NCBI GenBank assembly: GCA_046318155.1
Contig: JBKCUU010000019.1
Span: 24,634 to 88,633, forward strand
DNA length: 64,000 bases
Direction: 5' to 3'
From: Bdellovibrio sp.
GTDB lineage: Bacteria > Bdellovibrionota > Bdellovibrionia > Bdellovibrionales > Bdellovibrionaceae
In this document: in pieces, positions 40,812-50,768 of the stretch
Layout of the letters: every line of letters begins with the position of its first letter
Position numbering within the stretch: the first letter of the stretch is position 1
Notes under the pieces: generated by a model
Told to the model about the DNA's origin: nothing
Databases searched by the model: none
The model's input: the letters and a program-made list of their open reading frames with translations, nothing else
Program-made: the position numbers and the translations under genes

Positions 40812-41906
40812 ATGCGCCCAAGCTATCCTTCATTTTTGCTCTTTTGATCGCAGTCAGTGCGTCTGCGAATGGCGCAAAATGCGCCAAGCACGTTTATTGG
40901 TTGGACCAAGTTCTAAACATGCGCGGATCCGATGCCAAGTGCCAGGCGCAAATGGATCAAGCTGCAAAATCTTTGGCACATGGGCTTCGCCTGTGCCACG
41001 AGATCAATCCTGATCCTCGCGCAAGAGCTACTTGTTCACCGACGGTAAAACACTTTGTAAACATTCAAGATCTTGCGGCTCAGCGAAATCGCGAACAGGC
41101 CAGAGCCAATGCCCAAGACGTGGTTAGCCAATATCAGGGACTCGTCACAGGCATGGATGGCTCGGGCTCTTGCCTCGCCAAGCTGAAGGGCTTTCGCCGA
41201 GACCTGAGCTGCGAACTCGGGCCCGAGTTTGGCAAACTTCCGCCTGAAAGCAGCTGGTGGAGTGACTTTTGGAATCGAGAGCAGTCCGAGGCGCCCTTTG
41301 CTGACATTCCGCCCTGGCTCAAGATGGGGATTACAACCGTCGCGACAAGCGTGCTATGGCGTTACCGCGGTGGGGGCCTATTCACCCGACCATAGCGATT
41401 CGAAATCGGGGCAGCGCCGCACGATCACGGCTTTAGGCTTCATTGGGCTTGGGTACTTCAACGGTGGTCTTGATGGCGCGGTGACGGGCGGACTCATGCT
41501 GCCGGGGTTGTTCGTTCCTTACGGCGAGCAGATGGTCATGAATGATGGTGTTCGCGGGGTTGATCAATCAGAAAAGTGGCGCAACTTAGGTTACATGACA
41601 GGCTTGGGCGCACTCACGACGGCGGCCCCCTCTGCCTATCTTTATGCCCGAGGCTATAATCCCACCGGAATGATCGCGGGTGGAGCAGCCAAGGGGCTTT
41701 GTTACTTTGGCAGCTGGAATTGGGCACCGAAAGCCTTGAGCGATTCGCCGAACAAAAATTTTGTTGGCGGTGTGCCCACCCAAGCCGCCGAACTTTGCAG
41801 CGGAGCTGCGATCGGGGCCGGAATGTCACATTCACTGCTCTACGGAAAAAAGAAGCCGACCGAAAGACCCAAGCCGCCACCCGAAAAATGCGATCCCGCC
41901 TCGTAA
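40812..41906 (+). pseudogene. Probable single secreted/membrane protein gene with two frameshifts
   Basis: The ATG at 40812 is out of frame with the signal-like KLSFIFALLIAVSASA; ORFs 40844-41395 and 41229-41906 join if the G5 run at 41372-41376 loses one G. Confidence 0.5.
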
Positions 41907-42401
41907 TTACTTCTCGAATTCACGAATCACTTTATCCGTCAGGTCATCACCTTCAGGGGCATACAGAACTTGTGCGGTCAGCTCCATGACGACGGTGTAG
42001 CCATTTTCTTTGGCCACCTTGGCAATCACACGCCGAGCCTTTTCTAAAATCGGCGTCGTGAGTTCAAGTTCTTTTTTTTGAAAATCCATCTGCGTGCGCC
42101 CCATTAGATCACGAAACTCACCAACTTGTTTATCGAGAGCCGCCTGTTGTTGACGGTAGGTCTTTTCGGGCAGACTTAATTTTTTGTTCTCAAGCTGCTG
42201 ATCTTTACGTCTGAGTTCAGTCTCTTGCCGATCGAGTTCTTTTTTGCGTTTCGCAAATTCGGCATCAAGATCATTTCGCGCTTTTTTGCCCGCACTGGTA
42301 GCCTGAACAGTCTTCTGAAGGTCAACAAACCCCATTCTGACCTGCGCTGAGAGAGTAAAATGCCAAAAGAACAGGGCGAGAAAAGTGATGCCGAACCGCA
42401 T
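41907..42401 (-). CDS. skp: OmpH/Skp periplasmic chaperone
   Basis: Signal peptide, GFVDLQK, coiled coil, VAKENGY, DLTDKVI. GGAGG RBS supports the ATG at 42401. Confidence 0.88.
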   Translation of the reverse strand: MRFGITFLALFFWHFTLSAQVRMGFVDLQKTVQATSAGKKARNDLDAEFAKRKKELDRQETELRRKDQQLENKKLSLPEKTYRQQQAALDKQVGEFRDLMGRTQMDFQKKELELTTPILEKARRVIAKVAKENGYTVVMELTAQVLYAPEGDDLTDKVIREFEK

Positions 42402-42666
42402 AAGGACCTCCTTTAGGATCCTCAATTCTAAAATTTGAATTGGCAAAAGTCGTGACTTCTAGCTCCAAACCGGTCCAAAAAAGGGCCAAGTCGACCCTAG
42501 TCCACCTCATCTCGAAAGCACGTAAACATCTAACAAGTTGATTCAGTCCTATCTAATTTGCCCGTTCCGTGCTTTACTGAGAACCATACTTAAGTCGTTC
42601 TCGTAATTCATTAGATGTCCTTTTGTCTTCTGCGAAACGCCCCCAAAGCTTTCATAGGAGGCACAC

Positions 42667-42963
42667 ATGGGAAAAAAACTATACGTCGGTAACCTTTCAT
42701 ACACAGTTGATTCAAATCAACTTTCGGATCTTTTCGGTCAAGTTGGAACTGTTGATTCAGCCAACGTGATCATGGATCGCGACTCTGGTCGCAGCAAAGG
42801 TTTTGCCTTTGTTGAAATGTCTGAAAACGAAGAAGCAACTGCTGCGATCGAAAAATTCAACGGTGTTGAGTTTGGCGGACGCGCAATGAACGTTTCTGAA
42901 GCGAAGCCCCAAGCTCCCCGCACTGGCGGCGGCGGCGGATTCGGTTCGCGCCGTTCGTACTAA
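42667..42963 (+). CDS. RRM RNA-binding protein with Gly-rich tail
   Basis: RNP2 LYVGNL, RNP1 KGFAFVEM; AGGAGG RBS. Confidence 0.95.
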   Translation: MGKKLYVGNLSYTVDSNQLSDLFGQVGTVDSANVIMDRDSGRSKGFAFVEMSENEEATAAIEKFNGVEFGGRAMNVSEAKPQAPRTGGGGGFGSRRSY

Positions 42964-43009
42964 GAATTTTTAACCTGAACGACTGTTCAGTTCTTTAAAG
43001 ACTCAAATG

Positions 43010-43038
43010 AAAAACCGGCCTGCAAGGGTCGGTTTTTT
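43010..43038 (+). terminator. Intrinsic terminator after the RRM gene
   Basis: AAAAACCGGCC-loop-GGTCGGTTTTTT. Confidence 0.75.
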
Positions 43039-43108
43039 ATTTCAGACCCTGTTCTCGGGAGTGTTTTACAAAACCAGAGCCCCCGGGCTCTGCTCACGAA
43101 GGAGAGCG

Positions 43109-43297
43109 ATGAGCTCATCAAAAACGCGTTGCCTGAATATGAACCACGGTCGATTGAACCCACCCATCAGCTTTTGCCCCATGTGCGGCGAACGCGTAAA
43201 GCCTGGCGCGACGGCCACTCGCTGCGACGAAGACAAACACAAAACGCGCCGTAAAGAGCGCAACCTCTTTTGCCATGACTGTGGCAAGAAACTTTAA
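43109..43297 (+). CDS. Small double zinc-finger protein (62 aa)
   Basis: AAGGAG RBS; two Cx4H...CxxC units (CLNMNH/CPMC and CDEDKH/CHDC). Confidence 0.72.
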   Translation: MSSSKTRCLNMNHGRLNPPISFCPMCGERVKPGATATRCDEDKHKTRRKERNLFCHDCGKKL

Positions 43298-43396
43298 CTC
43301 TCCTCAAGCCACGACCTAGACGCGATCTAGACAAGTTGCTCTCTCACATCATAAAATTTTGAATGTCAGCTTCCTATCGCTTTTGAGGAGCTTCTC

Positions 43397-44713
43397 ATGT
43401 CGAGTGCTGAAATCGGTTCTGTCGCCCTCACGCTCGGTCTGCTCATCGCGCTTGTGCATATCTTGGGATATCTCTTCGAACGCCTTCGCCAGCCTAAACT
43501 GGTTGGAGAAATCCTGGCCGGCATTTTAGTTGGCCCGTTCGTCCTTGGTCAGCTGAGTCCCTCGCTCTTTGCAACTTTGCTGGGCACTTCGGGGGAAACT
43601 AACAAGACTGAAGTGGTTCTCAATTTTATCTATTGGGTGGGCCTCTTTCTGTTGATGTTTCTTTCTGGAAGCGAAACTCGGCGCTTGCTTGCGCGAGAAA
43701 GCCGCAAAGAGATTGCCTGGATGCTTGGAATTGGAACCCCGCTGCCTTTTTTTCTAGTTCTGGGCCTCGGAATGCTCTCACTCTTGCCACTGGCCATGAT
43801 CACGGGGACGGCCGGGCAAGAAATGTCTGCTTTGCTGATTTTAGCGATCGCCGTCTCGGTAACCTCGATCCCTGTCATTTCGCGCATCTTTTTTGATCTT
43901 AAAATTCTGCACACTCGATTTGCCAGTCTGATTCTGGGATCTGCCGTACTTGAGGACATCATCTTGTGGGGGGTCTTGGCGATCGCGACGGGCCTTGTGA
44001 CGTCGTCTGGCCTGGCGCAGACCGCAGTCACCTCACAAATGGTATCTCACTCCCTCGTGACTTTTGGTTTTATGATTCTGGGCCTGACCCTTGCTCCGCT
44101 GCTACTTAAAAAGCTCCACCACGCAAGCTGGAACATTTTGATGAAGGCCTCACCCAAGGGGTACATCTTCGTTGTCTTATTCTCTTACATTGCACTGGCA
44201 TCGGCTCTGGATGTGAATCTGGTCTTCGGTGCCTTTTTGGCCGGTTTTGGACTGGTTGGCGGCCTGCACGGAAGTGAACGGGCTCATTTTAGTGGATCGC
44301 TCGAGTCGATTGCAAAAGTCTCGTTTTCTTTTTTTGTTCCACTTTATTTTGCCCTGGTTGGCTTTAAGCTCTCTCTAGGAAAAGATTTCTCGCCTTCGAT
44401 GCTTCTCATTTTCTTAACTGGCTCGACGATCCTTGCATTGATTGCAAATGGACTCGCCGCGCGACTTGCCGGATTTCGCGGACTTGATATCGTGAATCTA
44501 GCCATCACGACCAATGCAAGGGGCGGTCCCGGAATCGTTCTCGCCAGCGTTGCGTTTGATGCAGGTATCATTAACGCCACATTTTATACGACACTTGTTT
44601 TGACCGCGATCTTGACGTCTCAAGCTGCGGGCGCGTGGCTCCGGTTTGTGCTCGGAAAAGGTTGGCCACTTTTGTCTTCGCATCCCGAAGAACCACAAAG
44701 GTCTGCGACGTAA
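43397..44713 (+). CDS. Cation:proton antiporter (CPA2/Kef-type membrane domain)
   Basis: LRQPKLVGEILAGILVGP, SVTSIPV, EDIILW, FGAFLAG, NARG; many TM helices. Confidence 0.9.
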   Translation: MSSAEIGSVALTLGLLIALVHILGYLFERLRQPKLVGEILAGILVGPFVLGQLSPSLFATLLGTSGETNKTEVVLNFIYWVGLFLLMFLSGSETRRLLARESRKEIAWMLGIGTPLPFFLVLGLGMLSLLPLAMITGTAGQEMSALLILAIAVSVTSIPVISRIFFDLKILHTRFASLILGSAVLEDIILWGVLAIATGLVTSSGLAQTAVTSQMVSHSLVTFGFMILGLTLAPLLLKKLHHASWNILMKASPKGYIFVVLFSYIALASALDVNLVFGAFLAGFGLVGGLHGSERAHFSGSLESIAKVSFSFFVPLYFALVGFKLSLGKDFSPSMLLIFLTGSTILALIANGLAARLAGFRGLDIVNLAITTNARGGPGIVLASVAFDAGIINATFYTTLVLTAILTSQAAGAWLRFVLGKGWPLLSSHPEEPQRSAT

Positions 44714-44837
44714 AAGAGTGAAATTTTTCTGTCAACTCAGCGGTGAGCCCTTTGGCAAATGACGGGTATCTAATTCAGCAAATATGTGGCTTAGTAAGTC
44801 CATAGTTCACTTCATTTCTTAACGAAAGGAATCTCGC

Positions 44838-45308
44838 ATGAGCGTTCAAGTCATTTCTTTCAATTGTCTCCTGAAGAACAAAGTCGGACACGTGATCAGC
44901 TCCACATTTAACCGCGGCGTTTTGACTGCCACAGAAGGTGAAAATGCCGTCCTTGGTGGTCTTGCCAAAGGTTTGCAAAATCTCACAAAAGGCGAAAAGC
45001 GCTCAATCGCGTTGGCCGCTGAAGAGGCCTACGGTCTCTATCAGCCCAGCAAGGTCATTCTGTACCCACGAAAAAAACTTCCGCGTCACTTACGCGTTGG
45101 CGAATACATTTCGGTCAGCGGCAAAAGTGGCGTCATTCGATCTTACAAAGTTTTGCATTTGCATGAGGATATGGTGAGCCTTGATGGCAACCATCCTTTA
45201 GCAGGACAAGATCTCGTTTTCGAAATCGAGACTCTCGAAGTTCGCGAAGCCACAGACGAAGAAATCGCTGAATCTTCGAATCACGTCGCGAGTCAAATTC
45301 TGCACTAA
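44838..45308 (+). CDS. FKBP-type peptidyl-prolyl isomerase (SlyD/SlpA-like, no His-rich tail)
   Basis: EEAYG, LDGNHPLAGQDLVFEIE, VREATDEEI. Confidence 0.9.
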   Translation: MSVQVISFNCLLKNKVGHVISSTFNRGVLTATEGENAVLGGLAKGLQNLTKGEKRSIALAAEEAYGLYQPSKVILYPRKKLPRHLRVGEYISVSGKSGVIRSYKVLHLHEDMVSLDGNHPLAGQDLVFEIETLEVREATDEEIAESSNHVASQILH

Positions 45309-45412
45309 GCTCGCATAAAACTTTGATTACGCAAGCGCTCGAGAAAATCGACAGAAGACTGCGGTTAAAACATGCTCTGAGGCAAGTTTCCTCACGACTC
45401 CAGTGGTAACTC

Positions 45413-46804
45413 TTAAACTAAAAAGGCTTTGAACTTGGTGCCTTTGATTTTGGCACTTCGAATTTTGTTGAGCGCCTTTTCGGCTATGTGCGATTTGATG
45501 GCAACGTAACTATAGCGATCAAGGATTTCAATCTTTCCTATTTCAGAGGCAGGTACAGAGCCTGGCTCAGACGTCAAAGTCCCGAGAATGTCGCCGGGTC
45601 GGAGTTTATTTGTTCGACCACCAGAGATTTGCACCGTCATCATGGGAGCGCCCTGAAACTCCCGCCCTAACCCCAGTTGGTTTTCAAATCCAAGCTTTTG
45701 GCGAATCATCTTAACACCCGTCGCTTTTTCGATCTCGAGCACTTTTGTAATTTCGTAGGCGGTCGAGATGGAAACAGCGGTGCCTAGACGTCCGGCGCGG
45801 CCGGTGCGGCCAATGCGGTGGATGTAAATCTCGGTACTCGAAGGCAAATCGACGTTGACGACGAGCTCGAGCGCATCGATATCTAAGCCCCTGGCCGCAA
45901 CGTCGGTCGCGACCAGAATGCGGCGGCTTCCATTACGAAACAAAACTGTGGCGCGGTCACGCTCGGCTTGGTCTAAATCACCATGCAAAACATCACTGCT
46001 GACTTTGAAATTTGCCAAGAGCTTTCCGATTTCGTCAACAGTCGCTTTGGTTCGGCAAAAAACTAAGGTGCACTGAGACGGGTGTCGCTGTAAAATCTTA
46101 ATCAGGGTGCCAACCTTATCAGGGTTTTCGCACTCATAAACGAACTGCTCAATCATCGGGGCATTTTGTGTGTCTTGGCCGATGGTCACGCGGGCTGCAT
46201 TTTTTTGATACTTGCGGCTTAAATTCTCCATGCATTCAGGAAACGTGGCCGAGAAAAAGAGGGTCTGACGTTTGGCGGGAAGCTTATCGATTATAGCCAT
46301 CATCTCTTCTTCAAACCCTTCTTCTAGCATCCGGTCGGCTTCATCAAGCACGAGCGTCTTCAATTTGCTGACATTAATTTGGTCATTTCTAAAATGTTCG
46401 AGAGTTCGGCCCGGAGTTCCGACTATGATGTGCACGCCTCTATGCAGGGCTTGCAACTGCGGCGGATACGGCTGCCCCCCGACAAGTGCGACGGCGAGCA
46501 AGCCTGGAAAGGCTTTTGAAAATTTACGGCACTCACGTAAGACTTGATCACACAGCTCCCGTGTAGGGCAAAGAATCAGTGCTTGCGGAGTTGCTTCACT
46601 TACCAAAATTTTTTGCAAAATCGGAATCACGAACGCGGCCGTCTTGCCACTCCCCGTTTGCGACTGGCCGATCAGGTCACGGCCCTCAAGTAACAGGGGA
46701 AGGCTCGCAGCCTGAATCGGGGTCATTTCTTTGTATCCGAGCTCTTCGATAACTCGAAGAAGGCTGGGTGCTAGTGGATAGACGCGAAAATCAGTTGCGC
46801 TCAA
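45413..46804 (-). CDS. dbpA: DEAD-box RNA helicase DbpA
   Basis: TGSGKT, PTREL, DEAD, SAT, HRIGRTGR; C-terminal GGR..KLRPGDILG domain. TTG start at 46804 after AGGGGG. Confidence 0.9.
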   Translation of the reverse strand: MSATDFRVYPLAPSLLRVIEELGYKEMTPIQAASLPLLLEGRDLIGQSQTGSGKTAAFVIPILQKILVSEATPQALILCPTRELCDQVLRECRKFSKAFPGLLAVALVGGQPYPPQLQALHRGVHIIVGTPGRTLEHFRNDQINVSKLKTLVLDEADRMLEEGFEEEMMAIIDKLPAKRQTLFFSATFPECMENLSRKYQKNAARVTIGQDTQNAPMIEQFVYECENPDKVGTLIKILQRHPSQCTLVFCRTKATVDEIGKLLANFKVSSDVLHGDLDQAERDRATVLFRNGSRRILVATDVAARGLDIDALELVVNVDLPSSTEIYIHRIGRTGRAGRLGTAVSISTAYEITKVLEIEKATGVKMIRQKLGFENQLGLGREFQGAPMMTVQISGGRTNKLRPGDILGTLTSEPGSVPASEIGKIEILDRYSYVAIKSHIAEKALNKIRSAKIKGTKFKAFLV

Positions 46805-47159
46805 CAGCGGCCCCCTTTTGGTCTGGAACACCAAGACGTCGTCATCGGTGGTCGTGCCGCTGGCGAAACTGAAGCATCTGAATCATGCCACAGTGCTATC
46901 AGATCTAAATCCAGCTCCATAAGCTGCACCAATGAGCTCACCGCCAGTATTTGGAATTGCCTGCAGCTTACTCAACGGAATCTTGATAATTTTGTCTATT
47001 TTACTTTTTTTTCAATTTCACTACAAGCTCGAATGATCAATCCTGAATTCATTGAGTCGCTTGAGTGGCAAGCCAAGGTGAGTCTCTTGCTTCAAATCGT
47101 TCTCTCTTGGCCGGAGCTCCCTTGAGATGCGGCTATTGAACTGGTATAATCATGTGTGG

Positions 47160-47710
47160 CTAAAACGCGTAACCAACTTTTATATTTGGCGCGAAATCGA
47201 ATCCATGAGATTCGTGGACATCACCGTTTGAGAAAGTGTGCTTGTCATTTTTAAGGCTTGTGCCAATCGTTGGCCAATATCGAATGGCAGGAACTATAAT
47301 CAAACCCGAGCTCTGAAATGGCTGCCAAGTATAATAAAGTCCAACTCCCAATCTTTGCACGGTATAGTCAATTTTCTCACTTGACCTGGCCACTTCAAAT
47401 TTATGGATTTTGTATTCGACGGCAGCATGAAACTTCTCAGTAAAACGAAAACCGATGCCAGGGCCTGTCGAATAAGGAGTGTAGATTTCTAGGTTTTGAT
47501 CTCTTTCTTCTTTTGTCAGCCCATCCTTGAAATTTGAAATATCTAGGTTCCAGCCATGCGAGTATTCAAAGACCCACTTTTCGGTGTTGTAATTCACCTT
47601 GACATTATAGCCCTTAAACAGAAGGGGCTAATTTAAACCAAATAGAACGCTTATTTCATTATCTTTAGCCTCTGCCGCTGAATGGATCAAACTCCCATAA
47701 AAGATTGGTC
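47160..47710 (-). pseudogene. Outer-membrane beta-barrel gene with an in-frame amber stop and a degraded 5' end
   Basis: The frame continues upstream of the listed ORF as ...AAEAKDNEISVLFGLN*PLLFKGYNVKVNY (TAG at 47628-47630); C-terminal VGYAF; no in-frame start for the signal region. Confidence 0.65.
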
Positions 47711-47901
47711 GGCGCCAAAAGCTTCAGTTTATTTAGCCTAGCCCAGAACAGTGAGAGGACTGAAGCACGTAGATCTCGTTTGGAATTGGATAAAAAATTT
47801 TTAGGGAGTTTGATTGAACTTTTGAGTCTTGTTAACAACGCAAATCTAACCGTCTACCAATATTTTTTTGTTTAAACAAAAATGCTAGCGAGCTCTTCCG
47901 G

Positions 47902-48759
47902 TCATAGAGCCTGGGGATTTGCGCAATCTCGCTGGAGAGCCTGAACGTACTTCTTCTGAAAAACTTCTTTTTGGCCGCCGGTGAAAGCATCGATGTGCCC
48001 CCCGCCCGGAACAAGCCAAAACTCTTTTGGGTCTTTAGCTTTCCAAAACACACGACGGCCATTTTCAATTTGCACGTTTCTATCTTTGTCACCGTGGATA
48101 ACAATCAGCGGGGTCGGAGCCACGTTTTGAAGATTTTCACTTGCCGAATTGGCGTTCGATACGAGTACGTAAGGCATCCACTGAAGAGCCCAAGTCCACC
48201 AACTCTCGGCCAAGATGGTTTTGGCCACCTCGGGATAAGAATAAAAGGTGCTGTCGACGGTGATCTGACAGACGGGCCATTTTTTTTGATACCGAGCCAC
48301 CGTGTAAAGCGAGATGTTTCCCCCTATGCTTTGGCCAAAAACGGCAACGGGGGCCTGCGGCTTCTGCTGGTGAATCCAGGTCAGCGCCGCAAGAGAAGCT
48401 TCGATAACGCTGTTACGATTGGGTTGGCCCTCGCTCCCTCCATACCCCGCATAATCAAAAATAAAGTAGTCGTAATCGTGCTCGAGGAGCCAAAATAAAC
48501 TGATAAAGTGGGACGAAATGTTCTGAGCGTTCCCATGAAAAAAAAGGACCCGAGCTTTAGGCGGGACCTGGCGCTTGTTTTGAAAGTACCATCCTACAAT
48601 TTTTCGTCCTGCCTGGTCTCGGAGCTCGATTTGCCGCGGAGTGACCGGAAGTTTTTTGGGGTCGTAGTAAATGTAAGAGTCAGGATGGTAGTAAAGACCG
48701 CTGCAACCGCAAATGCTGAAGATGAAAAAACAGCTTGTAAGCGCGATCAATACTTTCAT
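47902..48759 (-). CDS. Alpha/beta hydrolase lipoprotein
   Basis: Lipobox ICGC, FHGNAQN, GQSIGG nucleophile elbow, HGDKD, GGH. Confidence 0.9.
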   Translation of the reverse strand: MKVLIALTSCFFIFSICGCSGLYYHPDSYIYYDPKKLPVTPRQIELRDQAGRKIVGWYFQNKRQVPPKARVLFFHGNAQNISSHFISLFWLLEHDYDYFIFDYAGYGGSEGQPNRNSVIEASLAALTWIHQQKPQAPVAVFGQSIGGNISLYTVARYQKKWPVCQITVDSTFYSYPEVAKTILAESWWTWALQWMPYVLVSNANSASENLQNVAPTPLIVIHGDKDRNVQIENGRRVFWKAKDPKEFWLVPGGGHIDAFTGGQKEVFQKKYVQALQRDCANPQAL

Positions 48760-48779
48760 AAAGTAATCAGACCACAGTT

Positions 48780-50702
48780 ATGGCTCAGCTCCAAGTCGCG
48801 TTGCTTAGTTTCTTCCTGTTTTTTTCGTCGTCGTCCTTCGGATTCGAAGTTCGATTAGGTCTGTCCGTTGATGATTCAAGAATATTGGAAGTGAGTCAGT
48901 CCAAGGCCTGGTACAAACTCATGCATTACCGCAAAAGCATGTGGGGAACTTTGCGCAGTGATGTCGATGGCAGAGGATACTTCTTCGCCGAGGATGGGTT
49001 TCACAATCCTGTTTCTGAGCTCAAGGCTTCCTTAAAAGCTCTTGTTGAAAATCCCATAGTAGGCAAGCTTAAAATGCCTTTTCGGTGCTCTTTCCCCGAG
49101 CGCACTCGTTTTCTAACCGAGAGCTTTCAACTTCCTTCCTATCGCGACTCTTGCGACACTTTGGACAGATTCATGGAGCAGTTCCATAGTCCTGAGTCGA
49201 TCAGTATCGTTTTTTCATCCGCCTATCCCAACAATCCCGCTTCGATGTTTGGCCACACTTTTCTGAAGATAAATTCAGCTCGCAATACGGACCTGCTTGA
49301 TACGGGACTGAACTTCGCGGCTCAAGTGGCCGAAGACGAAGAGGGCCTGGCGTTTATCTGGCTTGGAACGACAGGAGGGTACGCCGGTCAGTGGTCGTCT
49401 CAGCCCTATTATGTGAAGGTGCGCGAGTACAGCAACTTTGAAAGCCGTGACCTTTGGGAGTACAAACTATCTCTTTCCATTCAGGAGACACGAAAACTTT
49501 TGCACCACATTTGGGAGCTCGAGCTTAACTCTCATTTTGATTATTTCTTTTTTGATGAGAACTGCTCTTATCAAATTTTAGCCGCCCTTGAGGCCATTCG
49601 GCCGGACTGGGATTTTCTTCGACACAAAATCTATTTAATACCCGGCGAAAGCGTGAAATATCTTACAAGTGTTCCGGGCGTTGTCCAAGATGTGAAGTAT
49701 CGCCCTTCTCTTTTCAATCGAATCAACAGCCGATACCAATCCTTGAACGCTGAGGAGAATCGTCTATTTCATCAGGTCATCGCACAAAAGGCGACACCGG
49801 AAGACGTGCAGAATCGATTGGTCGCAGAGGCGCTTCTGACATATTACGATTACATTAAAAATGATCGACCTGCTCATTTTGAAAAGACCTATGCCGAAGA
49901 TGTCGAAAGGATGAGACTGCACCGGGCCCGACTTGGCTTGATGACACCTGAAGAAGAGAAACGGATACCAGAAATCCGGGGCCGCACTCGTCCTGAAATC
50001 GGGCATGATTCTTATTCTATCGCGCCTTCCGTCGGCTTCTCTTCAGCAGAGGGAACACAGCTTGACAGTTCGTATTTGGGATTTCGTATCAAGTCGGCTT
50101 ACCATGATCTGCTAAATCGCGACGAAGGCTACACGCCCTATGCGCACCTTGAATTCCCTTACGCCGAGTTTCGGTATTACGAAAAACGAAATTTGTGGAC
50201 GCTTGAGGAACTCGGAGGGTTGGGAACGACATCAATTACGCCCGTCACTGATCTGAAAACTCCAATTTCTTTTCGCGCCTATGTTGGATATCGTCGCCAA
50301 GAACTCAAGGATGACTTCGATCATCACCAGGTTCATGCCGAAGCTGGTGGCGGCCTTAGTTTCTATTTTTTAAACGAGCTCAACCGGACTTATTTTTTGA
50401 TTCTCGCTGCGACGGACCTTAGTCCAGATATCCACAGGGGTTTTGGATTACTACCAGGATTCGAAGTGGGACTGCTGCTGAATCCTGTCGAGAGTTACAA
50501 GTTTCAGATGTTGGGTCGTTCACTATGCGATTTTATTTACTCAAAAAACTGTTATGGACAAACAGAGTATCAAATAAATCAATCTTTCTTTCCATCGCGC
50601 AATCAGGAAATTCGGAACGTTAATCGTCTGCGCGACAATGCCGAAAAAAGGGGCACCACGACGTTTGAGTCGAGCCTGAGTTATATTTGGTTTTTTAATT
50701 GA
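48780..50702 (+). CDS. DUF4105 (Lnb N-terminal-like) domain protein with a probable C-terminal beta-barrel
   Basis: W..LMHY, C.FPER, NNPASMFGHTFL, ESRDLWEY, YFFFDENCSY, YRPS, AYHDLL; aromatic C-terminus. Confidence 0.85.
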   Translation: MAQLQVALLSFFLFFSSSSFGFEVRLGLSVDDSRILEVSQSKAWYKLMHYRKSMWGTLRSDVDGRGYFFAEDGFHNPVSELKASLKALVENPIVGKLKMPFRCSFPERTRFLTESFQLPSYRDSCDTLDRFMEQFHSPESISIVFSSAYPNNPASMFGHTFLKINSARNTDLLDTGLNFAAQVAEDEEGLAFIWLGTTGGYAGQWSSQPYYVKVREYSNFESRDLWEYKLSLSIQETRKLLHHIWELELNSHFDYFFFDENCSYQILAALEAIRPDWDFLRHKIYLIPGESVKYLTSVPGVVQDVKYRPSLFNRINSRYQSLNAEENRLFHQVIAQKATPEDVQNRLVAEALLTYYDYIKNDRPAHFEKTYAEDVERMRLHRARLGLMTPEEEKRIPEIRGRTRPEIGHDSYSIAPSVGFSSAEGTQLDSSYLGFRIKSAYHDLLNRDEGYTPYAHLEFPYAEFRYYEKRNLWTLEELGGLGTTSITPVTDLKTPISFRAYVGYRRQELKDDFDHHQVHAEAGGGLSFYFLNELNRTYFLILAATDLSPDIHRGFGLLPGFEVGLLLNPVESYKFQMLGRSLCDFIYSKNCYGQTEYQINQSFFPSRNQEIRNVNRLRDNAEKRGTTTFESSLSYIWFFN

Positions 50703-50768
50703 CAATTTTTTGCTAAAAAATGACTATTTGGATAACTCAAACAACTAACTATTGATTAAGGAGTTTCT

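Noticed and set aside
38637..47630. In-frame TAA/TAG stops as stop-codon recoding
   Set aside because: Intact genes in the window end in TAA, TAG and TGA, and both affected genes carry further lesions.
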